64,000 nt of DNA from Eubacteriales bacterium (GCA_031553855.1 JAVBKW010000003.1:295-64294), one strand, 5' to 3'; positions 8,028-16,899 are shown, counted from the stretch's first letter. Translations and numbers: made by a program. Notes: generated by a model not told the origin, from the sequence alone.

Positions 8028-8294
8028 ATGTGGACGGTCATCAGCTTTATTGCCGCGGTTCTTACCACGGTTGCGTTTGTGCCTCAGGTCGTTAAAATCG
8101 TCCGTACTAAAAATACTGCGGACATTTCGCTTTTTATGTATATCGGTTTTTGTATAGGAGTCGGCTGCTGGTGCGTTTACGGCATCGCTACTAATGTTTT
8201 AGCTATAATCCTTGCCAACGGCATAACGTTTGTGCTGGCGGCGGCGATACTCACTTATAAAATCATAAATGTTATAAAAGGTGAAAAGCCTTAG
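8028..8294 (+). CDS. SemiSWEET / PQ-loop sugar transporter (3 TM)
   Basis: 88 aa with three hydrophobic helices and the PQ motif in AFVPQVVKIVRTK. Confidence 0.75.
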   Translation: MWTVISFIAAVLTTVAFVPQVVKIVRTKNTADISLFMYIGFCIGVGCWCVYGIATNVLAIILANGITFVLAAAILTYKIINVIKGEKP

Positions 8295-8329
8295 TTTTGT
8301 GAGTTGAATGAGGAGGTCATGAGCAAATA

Positions 8330-9505
8330 ATGACGAATAGTGAAATCAAAAAGAAATTTGTGGAAATCTACGGCGGCAAGGAATCCGACGTGCGCTTGTT
8401 TTCGGCGGCGGGCAGGATAAACCTTATCGGAGAGCATATCGACTATTGCGGCGGCCCTGTCTTACCTGCCGCGCTCAACCTGCGGTGCTTAGTCGCGGCA
8501 AGAAAAACAAGCGGCAGTTTTATCAACCTTGCCGCAACAACTATCGATAAAACGGCAAAGCTCGATATTTCTAAGCTGAACGACTACCGCGATTTAGAGT
8601 GGGGCGAGTATCAGGCGGGAGTTGCTTATATTATGCAAGAGGATGGCTATACGATAACCCCGTGCGACCTTCTCTACGACGCGAACGTGCCGTTCGGCTC
8701 GGGGCTTTCTTCAAGTGCGGCTATCGAGGTCGCAACCGCCATCACGCTTTCAACCTTTTCGGGCGAGTCCGGCGGCAAAAAAGGCTCCAATAAGGAGCTT
8801 GCGGTTTTAAGCCAGAAAGCCGAGAACGAGTACGCGATGGTCAATTGCGGCATTATGGATCAGTTCGCTTCCGCTATGGGCAAGAAAAACAACGCTATAT
8901 ACCTCAACTGCGCAACGCTCGACTATTCATATATTCCGCTAGAGCTTGGCGATTACGCTATGGTCATTTCCAACAGCAATAAAAAGCGCAGCCTTCAGGA
9001 ATCGAAGTATAACGAACGCCGCTGCGAGTGCGAAACTGCGTTAGAAAAGCTGTCCGCAGTAATTGACGGCGTTAAGCAGCTTGCCGACATTTCCCCCGAA
9101 ACCTTTGAAAAGCATAAAAACGTTTTGAGCGGAAGAGTCCTCGACCGCGCTCAGCACGTTATTTATGAATGCGAAAGAGTGCGCAGGAGCGTAGAAGCCT
9201 TGAAAAAAGGCGATATAGTTAAGTTCGGCGCCCTATTGAACGACTCGCATTTTTCGCTGAAAGATAAGTATGAGGTCACAGGAAAGGAGCTTGACGCTCT
9301 CACCGAGTATTCGCGCGCCCATAAAGACTGCGTCGGCTCGCGTATGACCGGAGCCGGTTTTGGCGGCTGCACTATCTCGATTGTTAAAAAGTCCGGCGTA
9401 GACGACTTTATCCGCACAGTAGGCGAAAAGTATAAAGCCTTTACGGGCTATGCCGCCGATTTCTACGACACCACCGTTGAGGACGGCGCGTTTGAGGTTA
9501 AATAA
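8330..9505 (+). CDS. galK: galactokinase
   Basis: 391 aa with GRINLIGEHIDYCGG (galactokinase signature) and PFGSGLSSSAA (GHMP kinase motif). Confidence 0.93.
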   Translation: MTNSEIKKKFVEIYGGKESDVRLFSAAGRINLIGEHIDYCGGPVLPAALNLRCLVAARKTSGSFINLAATTIDKTAKLDISKLNDYRDLEWGEYQAGVAYIMQEDGYTITPCDLLYDANVPFGSGLSSSAAIEVATAITLSTFSGESGGKKGSNKELAVLSQKAENEYAMVNCGIMDQFASAMGKKNNAIYLNCATLDYSYIPLELGDYAMVISNSNKKRSLQESKYNERRCECETALEKLSAVIDGVKQLADISPETFEKHKNVLSGRVLDRAQHVIYECERVRRSVEALKKGDIVKFGALLNDSHFSLKDKYEVTGKELDALTEYSRAHKDCVGSRMTGAGFGGCTISIVKKSGVDDFIRTVGEKYKAFTGYAADFYDTTVEDGAFEVK

Positions 9506-9547
9506 GAGTAGTATTTTAAAAGAGTTTTCCCTCATACCCTTTGTAAA

Positions 9548-9698
9548 ATAAAAGGTATTAACCGCAGGGCAAGCCCTGCACCCACCGCATACGGCGGTTT
9601 GTTCCGCCTAAAAGACGGCGGGGTTTTAAACCTTTTGCGGTGGGCGCATTTTAGGAAATGAAAGCAAGCTTTCATTTCCAAAAATGCTTCTTGATAAA
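9548..9698 (+). repeat. structured intergenic repeat family A, copy 2
   Basis: Aligns along its length with 43745-43895. It contains hairpins GCAGGGC-AA-GCCCTGC, GGCGG-TTTGTT-CCGCC and GGAAATGAAAGC-AA-GCTTTCATTTCC. Confidence 0.85.
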
Positions 9699-9722
9699 CT
9701 TTTGTATTTTAAAAAAATGTTG

Positions 9723-10241
9723 TCAATCCGGGCAGAGATTTTCAACATTTTTTCTTTTTTGCCTTGCGTAATCATAGGCTATGGCTGTTCCGCTTTTTGT
9801 TTCTTTTTTAAAAAGTTTTTCAGCCTGTCGTTTTTGCGGAGGTATATAGTTTTTGTCAAAATAAAAAATGACCCGGCCGCTTTTGTCGATCATTATTTTA
9901 TTCCGTATTATGTAAGACGCTCTCCCTGCGTTTGACAATTCGTCCGGATAATAAGTGTCCTCATATAAAGTTAACAAATATTGTTGATAGTCATCAGAAA
10001 TATATTGAAAGGAAGAACGGATATATATTCTTTTAATTTGCGGATATTTATGCTTTAATTTACTAACGGCGCTATAGCAAAGTTCGTCGAACCCGCTTTT
10101 ACTGCCAAATAAAAACACCGATATATTTTTTTCCAATATAAGCCCTTCAACGCAGCTTTCAATTTTTTTGTAAAGCCACTCTGTTTTTTCAATTTTCCTA
10201 TGCCCGATAAATGTGCAGGTATTATTAACATTTGTTTCCAT
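9723..10241 (-). CDS. SLOG-superfamily protein, YpsA/DUF1273-like
   Basis: 172 aa. The N-terminal CTFIGHRK motif and overall pattern resemble YpsA-type SLOG proteins, from memory only. Confidence 0.6.
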   Translation of the reverse strand: METNVNNTCTFIGHRKIEKTEWLYKKIESCVEGLILEKNISVFLFGSKSGFDELCYSAVSKLKHKYPQIKRIYIRSSFQYISDDYQQYLLTLYEDTYYPDELSNAGRASYIIRNKIMIDKSGRVIFYFDKNYIPPQKRQAEKLFKKETKSGTAIAYDYARQKRKNVENLCPD

Positions 10242-10339
10242 AATATTATTGTATTCTCACTATTGGTTAGAGTCAAGCGCATTCTCACTATTGGTGAGAA
10301 TGTAAGATTTTTATAGCCATTGGTTAGCATAATTTAATC

Positions 10340-10567
10340 ATGAAAACAATAAAAGAGAGATTAACAGAAGAAATAAGGTCTTCGGGTCTTACAACGATTG
10401 AAATCGGAAAAAGAGTCGGAATAAATGCTAATATGATAACGCAATATAAAACGACGAACAAAATGCCGAGCTTAGAGACCTTTGCATTGCTTTGTAAAGT
10501 TATAGACGCGTCTGCGGACTATATTTTAGGCTTGACCGACGAGACTGGCAAGAAAATTACTGAATAG
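10340..10567 (+). CDS. XRE-family HTH regulator (copy 1)
   Basis: 75 aa: MKTIKERLTEEIRSSGLTTIEIGKRVGINANMITQYKTTNKMP. Divergent from the SLOG gene, with palindromic operators in the spacer. Confidence 0.85.
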   Translation: MKTIKERLTEEIRSSGLTTIEIGKRVGINANMITQYKTTNKMPSLETFALLCKVIDASADYILGLTDETGKKITE

Positions 10568-10579
10568 GTTTAACGAAGC

Positions 10580-10669
10580 ACAACTTTCAATTTTTTTGTA
10601 AAGCCACTCTGTTTTTTCAATTTTCCTATGCCCTATAAAACAACAGGTATTACTATTATTTGTTTCCAT
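10580..10669 (-). pseudogene. 5' fragment of a duplicated SLOG gene (first about 30 codons only)
   Basis: METNNSNTCCFIGHRKIEKTEWLYKKIESC matches residues 1-30 of the 9723-10241 product. Homology stops at the duplication boundary. Confidence 0.8.
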
Positions 10670-10739
10670 AATATAAGTATATTCTGAACATTGGTCAGAA
10701 GTCAAGATTTTACTGAACATTGGTCAGCATAATTTAATT

Positions 10740-10967
10740 ATGAAAACAATAAAAGAGAGATTGACAGAAGAAATAAAATCTTCAGGTCTTACAACGGTAG
10801 AAATCGGGAAGAGGGTGGGGATAGACTCCTCGATGATAACTAAATATAAAACGACGAATAAAATGCCGAGCTTAGAGACCTTTGCGTTGCTTTGTAAAGT
10901 TATAGACGCATCTGCGGACTATATTTTAGGCTTGACCGACGAGGCGGGCAAGAAAATTACTGAATAG
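10740..10967 (+). CDS. XRE-family HTH regulator (copy 2, tandem duplicate)
   Basis: 75 aa, with 7 substitutions relative to copy 1. Four of them lie in the predicted recognition helix (GIDSSMITKYK). Confidence 0.85.
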   Translation: MKTIKERLTEEIKSSGLTTVEIGKRVGIDSSMITKYKTTNKMPSLETFALLCKVIDASADYILGLTDEAGKKITE

Positions 10968-11046
10968 GTTTGTCAAAGAATCTTATTAAATTTTTTTGCA
11001 ATGGCAATAGCATTTAGTTTTGTTTATTATTTCTATTGAAAATATT

Positions 11047-11087
11047 AAAGGATGCCGTTTAGCAGTATTTGCAAACGGCATCCTTTT
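11047..11087. terminator. bidirectional intrinsic terminator between convergent genes
   Basis: AAAGGATGCCGTTT...AAACGGCATCCTTTT, with A/T runs on both sides. Confidence 0.75.
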
Positions 11088-11100
11088 GGGGCATTGGCGG

Positions 11101-13686
11101 TTAATTAGTTTGTGAAGATAATGATAATGTGCTTGCATCTTTTGAGCAATAAATAGTATATTCTCCCCAAGCGTCGCTCCATGTTACATTGAAAGAGTCA
11201 TTTCCGGTGTTTAAAGCCGAAATAATGTGGGAGATGATATTGAGCATTTTATAACTATTGTCGGTATAATAAATCGATGCCGTAAAAAAGGTATTATCAT
11301 TAATGCTATGGTGGGATAGATTACTTGACGAAAGCACGAGGTCTTTTACTTCTTTTTTTGTATTTTCCGCAGACTCACAATGTTTAGTATCCAGCAAAAC
11401 AGATGATACGAAAGATGCGTCGTTTTTATTAGAGAAGTTTATTTCGATATATTTAGTCGTTACGTTTTTAAGCTGCGAGGCGAGCTTTGTTTCTTCAAGA
11501 GCTAATTTTACAAGCGCGCTTTCGTCGCCTTTTTCAAGCGCGGCTTCCGATTTCTCTCCGTTTTGGGCTATTTTTTTAAGTATCTTAGTATAGTTTTTGT
11601 CGAAGTACTGCCATTTTGAGTCCGTTTTGAATTGGCCGTCCGGTTCGCCAAGAATTTCAATTACGCTTGACCCAGATGAGGCGTATTTAATTTGCTCGAC
11701 TTTGGACACTTTAAACTTTGTTAACAGCATCGGCAAAAAAATACTTGAGAATGCGATCGCAGCCGCCAGCAGTAAGGATACGACTATCAAGGCTGCCTTA
11801 TGCAGATCCATCCAAATAACCGCCTTAGGAGTCGGTTTTGTACTGCCGCGCCTGTACTTGCGCATTTTGTGCTTATGCTCGGTTTTTTGCACCCGGTACG
11901 CTTTGTAGCGGTCGCGGTTTTCTTTATAAGTTATGTAATCCTGATTGATCTCTTCAAATGTGAGTACGGGCGTTTTATTTTTGGCGGGCTTTTTCTCGCC
12001 GTAGAACGCCAGCTTTAGTTTATTGTTTTTCTTTATTGCATTTGCAGCTGCAATAATAAAGATAACAAAATAGGCAATGGAAAAGATATAACCTAAAACT
12101 AAAAACGGGAATTCATAAACCTCAATTCCGCCGTCGAAGTAACCTTTCAGCGGTTGATCCTCAATCGGAGCTCGAATGAACATAGTTATTTCTATTTTGT
12201 CTGCTGTGTATTTGCAGCTTCCGCTAACGTCCTGAAAAACAAACTCCGCATTGTCCAGCAGTTTTTTTCCATTTCGCGTTATGGTAACGTAACAGTTATT
12301 ATTTTCGTTTCTTATTATTTCGCCAGTATATTCTCCAAAGGTATTTTCAAAGCTTGCTTTGTTGTCAGCGAAGCTAAATTCATCCTTTATTTGAATAGTA
12401 ACTGTATTTACTATTATCACATATGTAGACATAACCAATACTGCGGCTATAAGAACAGAGCAAAATATTATTGTCGTGATCATTCCGCCGTTTCTGCGGG
12501 AGTTTTCGGGATCCCATTTTGTAATGCGCCTTGCTCCGGAGACAATAACAGCAACTGAAATTAAGACAGATGCCGGAAGGACGTTAATTGCTAAAATGAG
12601 AAAGCCGATATGCAGGTCTTCTGTAATCGAAAAGACCAATAATGTTATTGACCCGCCTATCAGCGGCATCAAGAAGCATATAAACCCTATGAGCTTTTTC
12701 ATTCCCGACACTTTTTGGATATCCTTTAATAGCCCTTCGGGCTCGGGCGGCCTTGACGCGGGCTTTTCAACCTTTTTCGGAGCGTACGGAGCGGGGTTTA
12801 AGGCAAAAAATTTGCTGAGCTTTGCGTTATATTTTTCTGTTGTTTCGGCTTTTGCTTTTTCTTCAGCCTCAGCGATTGCGGGTTTATGCTTTTTAATAAG
12901 GACTCTGCCGGTCATTGCCGCCGCTGAAAGCAACGCAAAAATTATACTGAAAGCGATCAGCAGCTTAGGGCATGAACCTGTCGCAAGCACGCCCATTCCC
13001 TCGTCGAAAGCGGTTATCTTACTTGAAATCACGCACCCGATAATGAAAAATATCAGATAAAAAACAAATGAAATAAAGTTTAACAGCTGATTTAAAGAAA
13101 GCTTAAATTTTTTGAAAAGATTGATTTCTTTATTTTTAGCCGCCGGAGCAAGAAGCGTCGAAACCGATCCTATGGCAAACAGCAGGGCGGTAACGGCAAG
13201 AATGATTAGCCCTATCATTGCGCCCTGAATGTCGGGAAGCTCCTCAATGAGCCCGCCGGCCAAATCGTATACGTTCCCATAACTTGACGCTTTTATAGTT
13301 TCTCCTAGAAGTTCGCCTCCCGGCATTATTGCAACGGACGCCGAATAAAAAATAAATAAGAGGACGGCAAACAGCGCAAAAACTAGGGAAGGAATAAATT
13401 TCAGCATAACATAGAATCCGCCAAGTAAACCGCTTTCTTTTGCTTGTTTAGCCGTTTTTGGGACGGTGGCGGCTGCGGCAGTCTGCACAGCCGGGACGCT
13501 TTCAAGAGGTGCGGCGGGCGGCGGAGCGGACTGAATAAACGAATATCCGCATATATTACAAAACTTCACAGAGCCTTTGACTTCGGCGCCGCACCCCGGG
13601 CATTTCTTGACTTCCTGCCATTTCTCACCGCAGTCGGGGCAGAAATTACCCTCAAATTCACACTGGCATTTAACGCATTTGTTCAT
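11101..13686 (-). CDS. large polytopic membrane protein with N-terminal double zinc ribbon
   Basis: 861 aa. The N-terminus is CVKCQCEFEGNFCPDCG..CPGCGAEV..FCNICG, followed by a Pro/Ala linker, more than 10 hydrophobic helices, two soluble inserts and a basic loop. No family recognised. Confidence 0.75.
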   Translation of the reverse strand: MNKCVKCQCEFEGNFCPDCGEKWQEVKKCPGCGAEVKGSVKFCNICGYSFIQSAPPPAAPLESVPAVQTAAAATVPKTAKQAKESGLLGGFYVMLKFIPSLVFALFAVLLFIFYSASVAIMPGGELLGETIKASSYGNVYDLAGGLIEELPDIQGAMIGLIILAVTALLFAIGSVSTLLAPAAKNKEINLFKKFKLSLNQLLNFISFVFYLIFFIIGCVISSKITAFDEGMGVLATGSCPKLLIAFSIIFALLSAAAMTGRVLIKKHKPAIAEAEEKAKAETTEKYNAKLSKFFALNPAPYAPKKVEKPASRPPEPEGLLKDIQKVSGMKKLIGFICFLMPLIGGSITLLVFSITEDLHIGFLILAINVLPASVLISVAVIVSGARRITKWDPENSRRNGGMITTIIFCSVLIAAVLVMSTYVIIVNTVTIQIKDEFSFADNKASFENTFGEYTGEIIRNENNNCYVTITRNGKKLLDNAEFVFQDVSGSCKYTADKIEITMFIRAPIEDQPLKGYFDGGIEVYEFPFLVLGYIFSIAYFVIFIIAAANAIKKNNKLKLAFYGEKKPAKNKTPVLTFEEINQDYITYKENRDRYKAYRVQKTEHKHKMRKYRRGSTKPTPKAVIWMDLHKAALIVVSLLLAAAIAFSSIFLPMLLTKFKVSKVEQIKYASSGSSVIEILGEPDGQFKTDSKWQYFDKNYTKILKKIAQNGEKSEAALEKGDESALVKLALEETKLASQLKNVTTKYIEINFSNKNDASFVSSVLLDTKHCESAENTKKEVKDLVLSSSNLSHHSINDNTFFTASIYYTDNSYKMLNIISHIISALNTGNDSFNVTWSDAWGEYTIYCSKDASTLSLSSQTN

Positions 13687-13865
13687 TTTATCTCACTCTT
13701 CAATGATGCAGCGTAAAATTTGTCCGCGTATCCGGACACTCGCATCATTTTCTATATTTTTACAGTATAAAAAACCGACCGTCGAGGAACCGTCGAAAAT
13801 ACGCAATGAAAAAAAATTTGCGATATTTTTCTTTGTTCCGGTTTTTGAATTGACACCGTTCAAAA

Positions 13866-13908
13866 TGTCCGCTCCTGCTTGACAAATTGTCCGCTCCTGC
13901 TTGACAAA
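13866..13908. repeat. two direct 21-bp repeats TGTCCGCTCCTGCTTGACAAA
   Basis: Identical copies at 13866-13886 and 13888-13908 in a divergent intergenic region, upstream of an extended -10 element TGGTATGAT (about 13945-13953). Confidence 0.9.
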
Positions 13909-14014
13909 CATCCTGAATAGTGTCAAAATAGTGTGGTATGATGTAGTCTCCGGCGGAGGAAGTTCAAAGGTTTTTGCCGGACTTGAAATTTGCAAATGAG
14001 GGCTTTATTCAAAG

Positions 14015-14827
14015 ATGGGTATTATTGCAAGACGCACAATGAATTATTCATATCCTATTATAGATACGGTTTTTTTAGTTTTTTTCTGCGCTCTGCTTAT
14101 TTTTAATAAGAAGTACCGCGCGCTCATTTGGGGCCTTATCGGCGGAGTGATTTATTTTTTAGTAGATTACGGCATTTTTCATTTGCTGACGCATTCAAGG
14201 TCTATCGAAAACGCCAACCTTTTTTGGGTGCTGCTTTGGATGAGTATGAGCTACGGGCTGACCAATTTCGTATGGATTTGGCTTTGGTTTGAAAAGGACG
14301 AGCATTTTTGGGGTTATTCGGCGGTCATATTCTTTTGGTGGATAGTCTGCCCTATGATTTCTGAAATGTTTACCGCCGCGCCAATATTCACGATAGAGCG
14401 TACGACCGGCTCCTATCACGGAGTTATGGGGCTTATACTGTTTGTAAGTTATGCGGCCGTTCTTATATACAATATGCGCGTGCCAAAAGAGCGCAGGGCA
14501 AATATACTTTGGATGCTTGCTATCGGCATAATGGTGCAGCTTGGCTGGGAATTTTCGCTGCTTGTGTCGGGGATAAGGTCAGGCGGGATGACCGGCTTTG
14601 AGATGTTTAAAACTCTCGCGGTAAACTCTCTCGTGGAAACGAATCTGGGCATACCGAGTATGTATCTGATTTTTGTGTATGCGACGCGGTTTCTGGATAA
14701 ACGGCAGATGCTTACGGGGCTGAATAAAAATAGGCTGCTCGTACAAAACGGCGCGGAAAAAGAGGCGCAGGCCGGAAACGTTTTTACCGACGAGGGTGAA
14801 AATGAACCCGTGCTTTACAGCAAATGA
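14015..14827 (+). CDS. polytopic membrane protein of unknown function, translationally coupled to birA
   Basis: 270 aa, Trp/Phe-rich with 7-8 hydrophobic helices. Its stop overlaps the birA start (ATGA at 14824-14827). Confidence 0.7.
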   Translation: MGIIARRTMNYSYPIIDTVFLVFFCALLIFNKKYRALIWGLIGGVIYFLVDYGIFHLLTHSRSIENANLFWVLLWMSMSYGLTNFVWIWLWFEKDEHFWGYSAVIFFWWIVCPMISEMFTAAPIFTIERTTGSYHGVMGLILFVSYAAVLIYNMRVPKERRANILWMLAIGIMVQLGWEFSLLVSGIRSGGMTGFEMFKTLAVNSLVETNLGIPSMYLIFVYATRFLDKRQMLTGLNKNRLLVQNGAEKEAQAGNVFTDEGENEPVLYSK

Positions 14828-15537
14828 AAAAGCTTGGAGCGATTGCTGATCTTATAACGCTAAAGACGGTCGGTTCGACTAACGATTACGCGCTTGAGCG
14901 CGATTTTAAACGCGCCGCCGTAATTGTGGCAAAACAGCAGACAGGCGGGAAAGGGCGGAACGGCAAAAGCTTTGTAAGCCCAAAAAAAACCGGACTATAT
15001 ATGAGCGTCGTTGTTTTTGATGCCGGTCAGTTTGATGCCGGGGTATTTACGGCCGCGGCGGCAGTAGCGGTTTGCCGCGCGCTTAAAGAGGTTTTTAAAA
15101 TCGAGGCGTCAATCAAATGGGTCAACGATATCTATTATAAAGAAAAAAAAATTTGCGGCATTTTGTGTGAAAGCCGCTTTGACGGCGAGGGTAAACTATT
15201 AAAAACCGTTGCCGGAATAGGGGTTAATCTTACGCCGTCGGCTAGCCTGCCCGAAATTGCAGGCTCTGCCGCTGAAAAATGCGGCAGGCGCGACAGAAAT
15301 AAACTGATATTTCACATTACGGACGAATTTTTGAGGCTGATAAAAACCCGTGATTTTTTTGAAGAGTACAAAAACAAATGCTTTATTTTAGGAAGGAAAG
15401 TTTCAGTGCTTTCGCAAACGCCTTATAAAGCGGAAGCGGTAGGCTTAAAAGAAGATTTTTCGCTGTTAGTTAAAACCGCGGACGGCGGGATAAAATCATT
15501 AAACTGCGGCGAAGTGAGCGTTATTGCGCAGGTTTAA
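14824..15537 (+). CDS. birA: biotin-[acetyl-CoA-carboxylase] ligase, class I (no N-terminal HTH)
   Basis: 237 aa with GKGRNGKSFVSPKKTGLYMS and KWVNDIYYKEKKICGIL motifs. Confidence 0.85.
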   Translation: MKKLGAIADLITLKTVGSTNDYALERDFKRAAVIVAKQQTGGKGRNGKSFVSPKKTGLYMSVVVFDAGQFDAGVFTAAAAVAVCRALKEVFKIEASIKWVNDIYYKEKKICGILCESRFDGEGKLLKTVAGIGVNLTPSASLPEIAGSAAEKCGRRDRNKLIFHITDEFLRLIKTRDFFEEYKNKCFILGRKVSVLSQTPYKAEAVGLKEDFSLLVKTADGGIKSLNCGEVSVIAQV

Positions 15538-15560
15538 CGGATATCCGGAGGGAGCAAAAA

Positions 15561-16796
15561 ATGGAAATTATAGCAGAAAAAAACACAGATAGAGATTTAA
15601 GTTCCGGAAAATTGGCGGATGAAGTAAACACTACGGAAAACGGCGGAAAGAAATACAAGGTGGTTTTTCCGTTTGTCGAGGCGGGGCTTGGGCATATTAT
15701 GCCGATGAAGGCCATCTGCGACGCGTTTGAAAAAAAGTACGGCGATAAGGCGGAGGTTATCAGGTCGTATTTCTTTCAGGATAAAAACGACCCGAAAATG
15801 CAGTATGTGGAGCAGGCTTTTGTAAAGGAAGTCAAAAACCACAACAAGAATAAAGTACGCGGACTGTTCGTTTTCTTCCTTTTAAAGCTTTTCGGCGCAA
15901 GGTTTTCAATGAAGTTCGTAATGCAGTGCTATTACGGCAAAGGTTATAAAAATGCAATGAAATATATCGAGGAGCTTAACCCCGATATGTTCGTCAACAC
16001 CCATTTTTCCACGATCTATTACGCGGACGTAGCGCGCCAGCAGGGTAAAATAAAGTCGAAAGTCATCGGCTATTGCCCCGATCCGTTTATCGGCGCGCAA
16101 TGGGACGACCGTCTGGACGTTATGGGAATAAGCTGTAAGCCGGGTTTGGACGCCGCGCTTAAGCGTTATAAAGCCGCTCAACTCGCGCTTGTGCCGTTTA
16201 TGCTGCGGGGCGAAGTGAAAAACTACGATAAGGACAAAGCCTACTACCGCCGCGAATTGGGGTTGCCGCAGGACAATTTCACAGTTCTTCTGACCGACGG
16301 CGGTTACGGCGCGGCAAAGCTCAAAAAAACCGCCTATAAGCTCTTAAAATCAAATCGTAAAATGACGGTGATCGCCGTTTGCGGCAAGAACGAAAAGCTG
16401 TATCAGGAGTTTTTAAAGGTGAAGGCGCCCGAAAATATCCATTTTGCGCCGTACGGCTTTACTGATAAAACGCTAGCCCTCACCGCGGCGGCCGACGTTT
16501 TTGCGGGCAAGGCGGGCGCGAGCAATATGGCGGAACCGGCATATTTCGGCGTTCCCGCGATAGTGACCTACCGAGCCACGGTTTTGGAAAAATGGACGTG
16601 CCAGTACTACGAAGAATACGTCGGCAGCGCGGTTCTGCAAGAAAACGTGAATAAAGCGGCCGCGCTGATTGAAAAATGGTGCGATGAGCCCGCGCTGATG
16701 GACAAGTACCGCGAGGCCGCAAAAACCGAGCACAGGAGCGACGGCCCCGAGATTTTCGCCGACTTGATTTGGCAGCATTTAATTAAGGCGGATTAA
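15561..16796 (+). CDS. glycosyltransferase, MGDG-synthase/GT28-like (glycolipid synthase type)
   Basis: 411 aa with an N-terminal GLGHIMPMKAI motif and a C-terminal GKAGASNMAEP motif. Confidence 0.7.
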   Translation: MEIIAEKNTDRDLSSGKLADEVNTTENGGKKYKVVFPFVEAGLGHIMPMKAICDAFEKKYGDKAEVIRSYFFQDKNDPKMQYVEQAFVKEVKNHNKNKVRGLFVFFLLKLFGARFSMKFVMQCYYGKGYKNAMKYIEELNPDMFVNTHFSTIYYADVARQQGKIKSKVIGYCPDPFIGAQWDDRLDVMGISCKPGLDAALKRYKAAQLALVPFMLRGEVKNYDKDKAYYRRELGLPQDNFTVLLTDGGYGAAKLKKTAYKLLKSNRKMTVIAVCGKNEKLYQEFLKVKAPENIHFAPYGFTDKTLALTAAADVFAGKAGASNMAEPAYFGVPAIVTYRATVLEKWTCQYYEEYVGSAVLQENVNKAAALIEKWCDEPALMDKYREAAKTEHRSDGPEIFADLIWQHLIKAD

Positions 16797-16899
16797 AACG
16801 CACCTTAAATCTGCGCGGACTAAAGATGTGAGCTTTGAGCATTTATAATTAAATTATTTTTGCATAATTTTTACAGTTTTTGCGCAATGTATAATCATT

